Source: Azolla caroliniana
Lineage: Eukaryota > Plantae > Polypodiophyta
Length of the DNA: 64,000 nt
Assembly (NCBI GenBank): GCA_043228905.1
Contig: JBHGNT010000009.1
Location: 12,834,001-12,898,000, forward strand
Direction of reading: 5' to 3'
Positions 33,805 to 46,248 of the stretch are shown one piece after another. The notes under the pieces are model-generated. The model was given only the letters and a program-made list of their open reading frames with translations. It did not search any database and was not told the origin of the DNA. Within the stretch, counting starts at the first letter, position 1. Each line of letters begins with the position of its first letter. The translations under genes and the position numbers were made by a program.

Positions 33805-36800
33805 GCGCTCTCAGATGAAGTGATGGTGCACTTCGATGTGCTTTGTCCACACGTGGAACACCAGGTTCCGAGCCAGATAGATACTGCTCATGTTGTTGTA
33901 GTAAAGGGAAGTTGGATCCTTGATGGGTACGCCCAGATCCTTCAAAATCTTCTTGAGCCATACGGCTTCACACGTAGCTACGACTACGCCCTTGTATTCC
34001 GCCTCTGTACTTGAAAGAGCGACGGTAGGCTGCTTCTTGCTACTCCAGGATATTGCTCTGCTGCTGAGGGAGAAAACAAATCTGGAGGTTGATCTTCTAT
34101 CAGCTTTGTAGCCGGCCCAATCGGCGTTTGTGTACCCCTCGTGTCGTATTGGCATCGCGGTCTTGTAGAGGATGCCGCAATCCATTGTGCCGCTCACATA
34201 GCGTAGAACTCGCTTAGCACAATCCAAGTGAGTATCACGCGGTGTTTGCATGAATTGGCTAAGGAGAGTGACCGGATAACTGAGATCGGGTCGTGTGATC
34301 ATGAGGTAGATGACACTCCCGATGAGTTGCCGATACTGAGTCGGCTCACACGCTTTGGTGCCGGAGTTCGCATCTAGTTTGAGATTGCGATCGAGCGGGG
34401 TTGCCGCGGATTTGCACTCAGCCATCCCGAACTTGTATAACAAGTTGAGGATGTGGTGCCGTTGAGAGATCAGGATTCCAGCCGGAGTCCGAATTACCTA
34501 GATGCCGAGGAAGTAGTGGAGCTCCTTCATGTCCGTCATCTCGAACTTGTCGGAAAGGAGGGATTTGACTTTATTGATTTCGACGAGATGCTCACCTCCA
34601 ATGACTAGGTCATCCACATATAAAATGATGACGATCGGACTTGCGGAATCGCTTCGTATGTAGAGGGAGTTGTCCGATTTTGACATACGGAAGCCGATTT
34701 GATGAAGATATTGCGTTATCTTCGAATGCCAAGCACGCGGTGCTTGCTTGAGGCCATAGAGTGGCTTCTTGAGTCGGCAAACCGCTTTTGGATGGGTGCT
34801 CGAGTTGAAGCCGGGTGGTTGTATCATGTACACCTCCTCTTCTAATTCGCCTTGTAGAAAGGCGTTCTTGACGTCCATTTGATGGAGGTGCCACCCTTTT
34901 GCCGCGGCAAGCACAATTACGGTTCGTACCATCGTCATCTTTGCCACTGGGGCAAAGGTCTCCTCGTAGTCAACTCCGTGCGTTTGGGCATAGCCTTTCG
35001 CTACGAGTCGCGCTTTGTAGCGGTTGACGGAATCGTCGGCGTTGTACTTCACTTTGTAAATCCATCTGCATCCGATCGCCTTTTTGTGTGGTGAGGTGGG
35101 AACAAGAACCCACATCTCGTTCTTGCGTAATGCCTGCATTCCTCGTTCATGTCTTCGATCCATCGCGAATCCTTGGCTGCTTCGGAGAATGTTTCCGGCT
35201 CACGTACTGTAGCCACCTTCATCATAAAGGCATTGTGATATGCCATGTAGTCGTTGTAGCCGAATCAGATGACCGGATTCTTTTCATGGGTGGAGCGACG
35301 GAGCTTTTCATTTGCAGAGATGAGGGCTTTCTTAGCTCCGATGGGAACATCGAAGCCGCCGAACTCACTGTCAAGTGAGTGAGTCGACTCATTGTCATCA
35401 AAGCGATCGTCTTCGTATTCCGCCATTTTTGCCTTGCCTTTGTCCATCTTCGGGCTACGTCGTGATGTGCTTTGATAGCTCAAAGGCTCTTGTGGTCCGC
35501 TTAGTCGGGTCATGATCGGACTTTCTTTGAACATGCGCATAAGGCGATCTTCATCCTCTATCGCTGGTTCGACGGATTCCGGGTCGAGCGGAGTCGGAGT
35601 CAGAGTTGTCTCTGGTGCGTACCAAGATGCAGACTCGTCAAATACGACATCTCGACTTACTCGATATTTTCGAGTTGAGGGGTTGTAGCACTTGTACCCC
35701 TTTTGCTCCAGTGAGTATCCTACGAGGATACATTTCTCCGACTTCGGGTCAAGCTTTTGACGCTTCTCATCGGGGATGTGCACGTACGCTATCGCGCCGA
35801 ATATCCGGGTGTGCGATAAGTCCGTTTTCTTTCCAATGTATTTTTCGTGCGGAGTGACCTCGTGCACGTCGGATGTTGCGCATCAGTTCATTAGGTAGAC
35901 AGCCGTATTTGGAGCTTCGGCCCAATATGACTTGGGCATATGCTTCTCGTTCATCATGGCTCGCGCTACTTCAAGGATGTGCCGATTTTTGCGCTCGGCT
36001 ACCCCGTTTTGTTGCGGAGTGTGTCGGCAAGGGAATTCTCACCGAATTCCTTCCTTTTGGAGATACGCCGTGAAGGCATCCGAGAAGTACTCCTTGCCGC
36101 CATCCGATCGAAGGCAGCATACATGTCGGCCCATGGCTTTCTCGACTTCATTCTTGAAGGTTTGGAAGTGTCCGAACACTTTGCTCTTTTGCCGCATCGG
36201 GTAGATCCAAGTGTGCCTGGAGAAGTCGTCAATGAAGAGCACGTAATATCGGCATCCGCCGAATGTAGCCGTCTGCGCCGGTCCCCATACGTCAGAATGG
36301 ACTACGTGGAGTAGACTTTTGCTCACGTTCCGCTCTTTCGGGAATGGGTGTCGGTGTTGCTTGCCGAATTGGCACGCTTTGCATACACCTTCAATCTCCT
36401 TCTTTTTGAATGTTCGGAGTCCGAGGACAACTCCTTTCGATTTCATTGCTTTGAGCTTTTGGAGATTTATATAGCCAATCCGCTTGTGCCATAACTCTAT
36501 GTCAGAGTCGGCTTTCGTGCCTTTCACGAACATGGCGGATTTCATCTCGTGTCAATCGAGAATGAACATCCGGCCCTCTCTTCGTGCGCGTGTGATGAGT
36601 CGGCCCTCTTTTTCGATGAAGCAACCGCCTTGATTAAATCGAACTTGCATCCCTTGCTCTACAATTTGGCCGATGGAGACCAAATTCTTCGTAATGGTTG
36701 GTACATGCAAGACATTTTTAATGTAATTTTGCTTACCTTCTTTTCCGAACGGAACATTGCCAATGTGCCGAATCGGGTGCGTAGTGTCGTCTCCGGTTTC

Positions 36801-37024
36801 GACCTAGCCGGGTTGGTCCGGCTCTCGAAGTTCTCAGAACCATTCTTGATGCGATGTCATATGGTTCGAGGCACCGGAATCGACGAACCATACGTCTGCC
36901 GGACCGGAGGCACTAGTTGAGGTAGCGGCTGACATAGAGTTTTCTCTATGTTTCATCATGAACATTCCGCCACGGTCGGAATTGTGCGCATACATTCCGC
37001 CACGATCTTCATAGTCGGAGTTGT

Positions 37025-37714
37025 GCTCTGATACCACTTGACAGGAACTTCACGCTCCCTATACGCAACGCTCGGCCACAACCGAGCTTAGAATCATACA
37101 CAAAAAACGGGAAATATATGCACGACACAAAGAAGAGAAGAGTACACAGGATGTTTACGTGGAAAACCCCAAACTAGGGAAAAAACCACGGCAACCCACA
37201 GGCTGCAAACTATCACTATGTTAGAATGTACAACAGTGAGTTCACGGAGGCAACGACCTCGTCCTCACGATCTTCGCCACAAGCGGCGGTTTCAACAGAG
37301 GCAACGACCTCTTTCTCTCTCTCTCTCTCTCTGTACACGGTTACACGCTCTCTCTCTTCTTGCACCAACAAGAATAACAACAACAACAAAAGTTTGCCCT
37401 AAGTCATATTTATACTAATATGACTTTTCGGCTATTTACAAATATAGCCATGATGGACTCTTAGAAACATATTTACGAATATGTCGCTTCATCCGGTGCG
37501 CACTCCTCACCGGGTCTGCACCATCCGGCTCTCCGTAACCGGGTACTCCTCATCCGGTTCTCACCGAGTCTGCACCATCCGACTCTCCGTAGCCGGGTAT
37601 TCCTCATCCGGTTCTCACTGGGTCTGCACCATCCGGCTCTCCATAGCCTCGGCCGAGTTTGTTCATCAACACTGTTCTTCTCCCTTCCCATCCGGAGGGA
37701 CCTGTCTCCCAACA
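37025..37714 (-). repeat. LTR (37039-37714) plus retained Met-i PBS inside copia-B gag
   Basis: Same LTR family as 28567-29231, followed by AG-TGGTATCAGAGC on the minus strand. Flanked by a ~60-bp duplication of host gag. Confidence 0.88.
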
Positions 37715-40470
37715 CATTTCGGCACGGTCGGAGTTGTGTGCATACATTCCGCCACGATCTTCGTAGTCGGAGTTGTGTGCGTAATTCGTGAGTTGTCGGC
37801 TTGTGGAAGCCGATTCACACATCTTCTTTCGGCACTCTTCTTCGTGGTGGCCGAGCTTTCCGCAATATCCACATTCGGTTGCGTTTTGACGGCTCGAGTT
37901 GGAGTGGAAGCTCCCCGTTCTTGCGAAGGTTCCTCGTTGGCCTCCGTTTTGCGGCTGAAATTGGGAGTTGTTGTCGTAGGTTGGACCTCGTCCACCTTGT
38001 CCTTGGCCGAATCGGCCTCTCGCTCGTCTGTGTCCTCTTTCTCCATTAGAGTGCGTGTAGAGCATGTGGCCTTCCGACTCATTCCTCCTTGTACGCACGT
38101 GGTTTTCTTCGATCAATAGCATTGATTGGAGCTCGAAGAAGGAGGGAGATTTCTCCCGTGCTAGAACAGCGGTTTGCATCGCGCCAAACCGTGGTGCGAG
38201 GCCGCCGAGGCATATTTGCACCATCTCATCATCATCTATACTTACGCTTATTGAGCCGAGCGAGTCACAAAGCTCCTTGATCTTCAAGGTGTATGTAGTG
38301 ATGGACATGTCCCTTTGTTGAATGTTGTTCAACTCTTGGTGGAGTTGAAGCTTCCTCGCGGTCGTGTTGGCGGCGAAAATCTTTCGTAGATTTTCCCACG
38401 CTTCCTTCGGCGTCTTGGCTTCTCAAATGTAACTGAGCATGTGGTCGTGAACACATGTCGCCAAGCAATACATCATGCGGCTTGCGGCTTGCTCCCATGT
38501 CGCGTATCTGGGAGCCGCTTCGGCAGGTCGGTCTTCATGCGCTCCTTTGATGTAGCTCCAATAGCCTTGTCTGACAAGGTATTGGTGCATCTTGTACTCC
38601 CGAGATGCGAAGTTATTTCGATCCAACTTCTCGGTAGGGAGAGCGCTCCCCATTTGAGTATTCATTATGTTGATTCTTCTTCTTCTTCTTCTTCTTCTCT
38701 CTTCGAATGCGAGCTATAGTGACGCTACGATAGCTATGAGCTGGTTCTTGGTCGCCGGCGTAGAGCACAACACACGATCACGATGAGACGAATGGGCTAG
38801 ATCGAGCTACCAAATCGCTTTGATACCATGTAAAGAATCAAGAGATGGATTCTTGTGAAGCGGAAGAGATATGAGTTATGTGTGTATATGTGTGTGAGAG
38901 AGAGAGTGAGAGAGACAAGGAGTAAAACACAGAGAATACGCAAGGTTAAGTATATTAACAAAGGAGAAAGACTCAACACTATACAAGGTGGGAGGAGGGT
39001 GCTTTATGTAGTCACCCTCTCTCTTCATTAACTACAAGGCTCATGGAGCATGGGGAATGTGAAAGCTAATAAGTTATGTGTCATAGAATATGATTCTATG
39101 ACTCATACTAAATGCTAGAATACAAAGAGGTGACTTAATGGTGACTCTTGACCGTTGGAGTGTCTATTCACTCTCAAGGTGAGTTCACACACTAGACCAA
39201 GTTGAGCTTGATTCTCAACAAGCGATTTGCACGATTCTCGGTGTTGGACCAGACTGTGCTCGATACGAGCAAGGTCCTATTATTCATCAAGTCGGTCGAC
39301 TCGCGTGATCGTGAGAAGGTGGGTCTCCTCCTGGAGACAAACAATGGCCTTACGACCGACTAGGCCATGGCCAAGAGGATATGCAGTCGTTTCGATAAAC
39401 GACGTGAATGGAACGACGAGGGGATGTTGTCGACTGGCCCAACCGCAGGGGGAAGAGTAGCAACGGATGTGCCAACTCGGTCGGATGAGGTGAGAAGGCA
39501 GACCAACTTGGGCCTAGTACTGACCAACGTGGTCGAGGGACCATTCGGGGGTGCGGCACTGGAGGAGCTAACAAAGATGGTTCGACACCTCCAAATTTCT
39601 CAGGCTCGGAGGGGTGGCGGGGGTCAATCGTGTGATCAATGCCCATCTAATGGCCTTAGATGCATGAGTGTGACGGTGTTGACCACATCCGGAGGGATTA
39701 CATTGACTTCGCCGAGGCGCTAAGGAAAAATGTGGTGTATCTATGGAATGGCCGAGTACACGCTAGTGAGACGAGGAGGTCCCTAGACATGAACACCAGA
39801 TGAGGTGGCATGAAGCGGATAATGGAGGAAGTTATGGCACGACATGTCAAAGCCATCCACTACTCAATGTTGACAAGTATCCAGGTAGGAGGGGAGAAGA
39901 ACACCAGCAGGTATCCGTGTAGGAGGGGAGGAGTATAGAGTCCGGCATCGATGGGCGAGAAAGACGACATGTGGAGGGGTGCTTAAAGGCATGCAGTGCC
40001 ATGGACCCCGACAACTCAATCAATGGCGCCGTGGAGGTGGTCTCATTCGACGACACCCTCAGAGAGATTGAGAGGGTGGTGATCAAGGGAGATCTAACCG
40101 GGGACTAGACGATTCCGATCAGCACTATCGAGATGTACGAGGTCATCAAGGATTTTGGGCATATGGTCGGGGCGGGTCGGACCACTCACGTTGACAAAAA
40201 ATACAAGACCGTGGACCAGAAGGTGAGGCCAGTCATGGCTCCCTTACCAAAGGATAGGTGGGAACGGATGAGAGGGGTCACGACTGACCCAAGTTTGTGA
40301 GAGACCCTATGGAAGCTCAAAATCGGAGGGGGTGTCTCCCTACTGCTTGCGGAGGAGGACTAGTTCCCAAGAATGCTCGAAAGACATGGAAAGGCTTTCG
40401 CATTCTCACTGGTGGAGTTTGGGTGCATCGACCCGACAATTGTAGAACCTATGGTGATATTCACGGTACT

Positions 40471-43400
40471 ATCCAAACCAAGAATAAAAGATAGAGTGAT
40501 GGAAGAAGGATATAAGGGAACACGAGAAGAAAGGAATGAAATGCTAAGAGAAGAATGGGTGTATTAAGATAGAGAAAGAAAGAGAATGGATACAAGATAT
40601 GTAATGAGAGCTAAAGACTAGTGTTTATTCGAATTGATTTGAGAATACATGTATGCCCTTATTTATAGGTTCCTATAGAATAGCTTAGAGATTTCTATAA
40701 TGTTCTAGAATGTTCTAGACCTAGAATGTTCTAGGAAATTCTAGAATGATGTAGAGTTTTTACAATAATCAATCTAATACAAAAAGTAGCTTTTATCCTC
40801 TTATACGACAATAAGCTACCTTAATGGGTTGAGGTTTTCAATTATGGATTACAAGGTTCGAGGTTCAAATCTAGGTGACGCCATAATGGTCATGTGTTCA
40901 TGACACTATCCCTCCTTCGAGAATGCCGAGTGGAAGTCGGCGTTAACATTGTAGGGCCGGGTTTGTTTGGATAGTGGTGATGGAAGTCGTCGACAAGAGC
41001 TTGAGCATTACAAATGTTATTGACAGGTTCCCAAGTGCGATCACTCGGAGGATAGCCAAGCCAATCAACTAGATAATAAAGCTTATTGCACACAATCTTA
41101 GAATCGAGAATAACAGCTACCTTGTATTCGGGGTCATTAACAAGTTGGACAGAAGGTGGTGGTGGTACGACACGATTAGGAATTAATGAGGTGTGGCAAG
41201 GTTCCAAAAAAGAGCTATGAAAGATTGAGTGAAGTCGCATATGTGCAAGAAGGTTAAGACGAGATGTTACATCATTAATCTGCATTGTGATGTCAAAAGG
41301 ACCTAAGCATTGATAATCGAGCTTAGCACACGGGCAGGTAGTCTTGATGTTCCGACGAAGCAACCATACTCTGTCACCAACCTTAAAAGGAGACTTAAGA
41401 CAATGCGATCGGTATTGGTCTTATGGTGTGCTTGCGCTTTTTGAAGATGTGAAGATAAGTCAAATTGGATTTGTTGTAGTTGGTGGAGGTGATCCGCCGC
41501 ACTAGGGTTTCGTGACACCTCAAGGAGATCCAGGATACACCATCAAGAGTGGTTGCCAGTGTAGGTAAAGAAAGGTGTAACTTTGGTAGAAGAGTGTACC
41601 GTGTTGTTGTATGCAAACTCGACATGATGTAAAATATTGCTCCAATCATCTTGTTGATAACTGATGAAGCATCGAAGATACTACTCGAGTGTTTGATTTG
41701 TCTGCTCTATTTGTCCGTCAATTTGTGGATGATAAGCCGAAGAGAGTTTGCAGGAGATTTTGAGGCCTGCCCATAGGTGATTCCAAAAGTCTGAGATAAA
41801 TTGAGGACCTCAATCGCTAATAATATCATTTGGGAGACCATGATGGCGAAACACCTCACACATAATGAGATCTGTAGTTTCTTCACTAGTAATGGTCTTT
41901 ACACATGGTACAAAATGTGCCATCTTTGTGAACCAATCCACCACAGCTAAAATACTATCAAAGCCTTTGGAAGGTGGTAGATCCGTAATGAAATCCATAG
42001 AAATAGACTGCCATGGCTTGCTGGGAGGTGATAATGGTTGTAGTAAGACCTAAGGATGATGCTTGGGTATTTTGGCACGACAACAGGTGTCACATGTGCG
42101 AACGTAATCTTTGACAAATGTTTGCATGTGAGGCCACCAAAACGAACGTTTCACCAGCTCAGTGGTCTTTGCAATACCAAAATGTCTAGCCATGGGGGCA
42201 TCATGACAATGTTCTAACACTGAAGTCGGGGTGATCCGTCAGGGATGTAAAGGAGATTCTTGTAGAAGAGTAAGTCATCTTTCCACGTGAAGTCCTGATA
42301 ATGTTGAGATGACCCTTGTAATTTGGAGCACGATGGACAACTTGAACCAATGTGGGCTAAGACATCCTTAGCGAAATCATCAGAGTGAAGTTATTGCCGA
42401 ATAGTGTCAAGAAGGCTAGAATCAAGTGGCGTGGCATAAATTGTTGTTGCATATAGCTTTGATGGCCTGAGGAGAATCTGCTTTTGATTGTCAAAGGCCA
42501 TATCTCTAGGTTGAAGAGCTAAATACGAACATCAAGACAAAGCATCTGCTTTCCCTTGTTATTTTCTAGGGCGAAAAATGATCTTGAAATCGAAACGTGT
42601 TGTCGTAGTGTGAAGCACACACTACATGAAATATGTAAAATACTATATCTGATTTAAAGTACATATAATAAATAAAATAAAATATTAAAAATATATTTAT
42701 TACGTGCATAGGGAAACATTCAAACCATATACCTCCACGTAGACAAACCCCAACCTTATCATTGTACTAACTTATCCTTAGTGTTCTAAATATAGATTTA
42801 ATACCTATAAGACCTTTATTTATGCCTACCTTTATTAAAAAGGTAAGTCATGCATTTTTAGAGTATGTGAATACTTTATTTAGAAGAAAAATGTAAACCA
42901 ATAAAATATTACTCATGCACATCTAGCGTGCATGAGCACTATATTTAGCAAATAAAAGCAAGGTTTAAAAATAAAATAAAAAACATCACATGCACATTTA
43001 GTGTGCATGAACACTTTTAGGAAAAGGAGGAAGCCATGTTTACCCTCTCCCATCCTTATATAAGGAGGAGAGAAATATGTATAAGGCTATTGATTATTTT
43101 AGAAGGGTTGATTAATATAATATATTTGTGGGATTCACGAATTTGCTAACTATTTTTCTCTCTTAATCTGAGTACTCACTAATATACTATACTCGTGGGA
43201 TTCATGAGTTTTTCATATCTTTCTTTCTTACAATATTTTTCATATTCTTAATTGCCTTAGAATTTTCTTTTCTCCTAGTCCAAAACCTCAGTGGTTCCCA
43301 CCCGACTCACACAGATCCGGAGCCGAAAGGCACGACAACGTTAGAAATTGGGCCCACCGAGCTTGTCGTCTATTTAATACTTGAGTGGTTTAAAATATGT

Positions 43401-46248
43401 GAGATTTTTGTGATCACTATAGATGATAATCTGATCAGGTGATCCTTCTAGAAAATGACGCATTGCTCGAATGAGTCAACCACAGCTAGTAACTAATGGT
43501 CAAGCACCTCATAGTTTATCTCCGAAACAATAAATTTTCTCGAGTGAAACGCAACTGGATGAGTCTGCACGTCCTCGTTTGGTTGCAATAGGATACTCCC
43601 CAATGCGAAGTCTGACGCATCCGCCTGAATAGTAAATGGATTTTCGAGATCAATATGCGCTAGGATAGGTGCTGATGTGAATGCTTCTTTCAGCCGAGTA
43701 AAAGCCTTGTCCGCTTCGATACTCCAAAAAAATGCCTTATTTTTCTTGGTGAGTTGGATGAGAGGCAACACAATGCTTGAATAATTACGTATGAATTTAC
43801 GATAGAAGTTCGCAAATCCGAGGAAACACTAGACGTCTCGAACTGAGCATGGGGGTTTCCATTCCAATATTGTTTGGACTTTTGTCGGGTCCATGAAAAT
43901 ACCCTTGGATGAAATAGTGTATCCCAAAAATTTGACTTGTTTGCAATCAAAACTGCATTTCTCAAGTTTGGCATAGAGACCATACTTTCTTAGGTGTTCA
44001 AGTACTTTCCGCACATGTATATCATGCTCCTCCTATGTTTTAGAGTAAATCAACTGATCATCTAGGTAGATGATGAGAAAGATATCCAAGAAATCCCGGA
44101 AAATGTCATTTGCCATATGTTGAAATACTGCGGGTGCATTTGTGAGCCCGAAAGGCATGACTGTATATACTCGAAATGACCATACCGAGTACGAAATGCA
44201 ATTTTCCACTCATCTCCTGGTCGAATTTGAACAAGATTATATGCACCCCTTAGATCAATTTTGGTAAAATGCTTTGCCCCACCAATGCATTCTAAGAGAT
44301 TGGAGATTAAAGGTAGAGCATACCTATTCCTTATGGTGACTTTATTTAAGCGTCGATAGTCCATGAACAAATGAAGGGAGCCGTCCTTTTTCTTCACAAA
44401 AAGGATAGGAGCACCAGCTAGAGACTTTGAATGTCGAATAAACCCATGTGCAAGATTTTCCTCGACGTCTTCTCGAAGAACCTCAAGCTCAATGGGTGAT
44501 AAATTGTAAATCGGACCCCATGGTGGCTCTTTTCCTGGTTGGAGATCAATAGGACAGTCGTACAACCGATGCTTTGGAAGAACACTAGCTTTGACTTTGT
44601 CGAAAACATAAGCATAGTCTTGATATTTTTTCGGGAATTTGGATGTCTGAATTCCCTTGAGTGGCACTAGAAGGTGTCACTGATACTGCAAATAAGAAAA
44701 GATCCTCCTTGCCTCCCACTTGGTGCAATTGTTGCAATGTGATGGCTGAAATTTGATGAAAAGGAGATGGTGCATTGGTAGAACTATATTCTTCAAGAGA
44801 ATAATCTTGAGTTCGATCCTTGGCAATGATATTTTCTGCTAAAGGGCACCAAATTTCTTGCTTCCTCCAATCAATTCTAGGGTTATGTAGCTCAAACCAT
44901 GGCAAACCAAGGACAATTGGATGCTCATGACTATGGATTGTGTTAAAGGAAACTACACATCCTAAATCACCTAAGAGTATGTGTATTGGCTCAAACTCTT
45001 CGAATATCTTCTTGGAAGCTATGGGACGTCCATCAATCACTACTACGGAAACTGGACAAGGAAGTGTATGCAAGGATATTTGGTGTTTTTGGGCAAAATC
45101 TCTATCCATGAAACAAGAATTGGCTCTAGTATCTACGAGGGCTTGGACTTGAAGTTGACAACTCGGTGTCCTAACTTGTACTTGGGTTGAGAAGACTCTA
45201 CTAACATGCTTGGAAGAAATGGAACCCACCTAGGTTGTACATATCTAGGGTTGTCCAACCAAATGTCTCATATTTTGGCCAGACTTATTCGTTTGACTCC
45301 TCTTCTAATTGGCTGAGGACTTCAAGCTTATTGGACAAAGGTGGATTATTCATAATATTAGATTCACTAACTGCTTCTAAAATGTTGGACTCATTTTTAT
45401 TGTCATAGTGAATTTGATTTCCCTGACGTCTCGGCCTACGGGAGAAATGAATGGCTATATGTCCTGGACCTCCGCAATATAAGCACAGAAGGTTTGCTCG
45501 GCGTCGTTGCTTCTCTTCGTCCGACAATGGTCCTCGTCGTTGAGTGATATCGATCTCCATGGGTGTAGGACTATCCATTGGGATTGGACTATGTGTTTGC
45601 CTTGGAGTTGGAGTAGGGCTATATGTTTGCCTTGGGGATGATTATGCCGTTACTAATGCATAAGTTGGTGTGAATCTTGATCTTGTTATTTATTGTTGTC
45701 GCTCACATCGACGCTCAAAAAGGCAATTATCACACCATATTGCTCGACTAATAGCTTTTGTAAGTGATATTGGATCCTCAAGGAAGGTAAGAAGTAAGTC
45801 TTTGACATCACTACGAAGGCCTGAACGGAATTGATTCATTAGGGCTTGTTCATCCCAAGGAATATCGCTTACGATGAGACGGAAATTGGTTGCATATGTC
45901 GAAGCTTACTGATCACCTTGATGTAGTGTATGAATCTTGTTGATAGTTGTTCTCGCCCCATCAGTATCTTTGAAACAAGCCTTAAATTCTTTGATAAATT
46001 CTTCAAAATTATTCAGTAGAGGAGAATTTGTCTCTAGCAATGGAGCAAACCATGCGTGAACTCCTCTTGTTGTTGCTACTTCTCTACAGTAACCTTTTGT
46101 AGATCCCCAAGTAGATGTTGATTCTCTACTTCAAGAGATGTGAACTTGGATTTACGATTCTCCATTTCTGCACCAAGGGTGAGATATTCTTCTGAGTTAA
46201 TGGCGGCCATGGTTTCGTGATGGTTACTGTGAAAGTGTTTTTAGAATT
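40471..46248 (-). mobile_element. Degenerate chromoviral Ty3/gypsy element (Tcn1/Tf-like) with chromodomain
   Basis: Gag knuckle CLYCGGPGHIAIHF, protease ALVDTRANSCF, RT (FTKIDLRGAYNL), RH (ADASDFALGSIL), INT (MDFITDLP), chromodomain (EYKVAVILDSK..YYLVDWLGY..DRTWEP). PPT GAAGGAGGGATAG lies next to an LTR whose boundary is at 40905. Outer ends approximate. Confidence 0.9.
42601..43337. repeat. AT-rich solo LTR (TGTCG..CGACA) inserted in the chromovirus pol
   Basis: Interrupts WAQFLT/RFDF. Flanks GTGT and ACGT can each be derived from GCGT by one transition. Confidence 0.8.

Larger units (their letters stand above)
31838..39220 (-). mobile_element. Ty1/copia element (copia-B), degenerate, TSD AGCGA, with two nested LTR insertions
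   Basis: LTRs 31838-32237 and 38829-39220. AGCGA at 31833-31837 and 39221-39225. PBS TGGTATCAAAGC at 38817-38828. gag/PR/INT/RT/RH fragments homologous to copia-A. Confidence 0.95.
30397..40470 (+). mobile_element. Truncated tRNA-Trp-primed gypsy-type element (5' LTR, gag, start of pol), split by copia-B
   Basis: LTR ends CGCAACA at 31250. PBS TGGTGAACCCAACATGAA at 31255-31272. Gag (GQFSGRDVTSYL..) runs to 31837 and resumes at 39226. Pre-RT motif HGKAFAFS..FGCIDP..VEPMVIFTV near 40390-40470. LTR start approximate. Confidence 0.7.
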
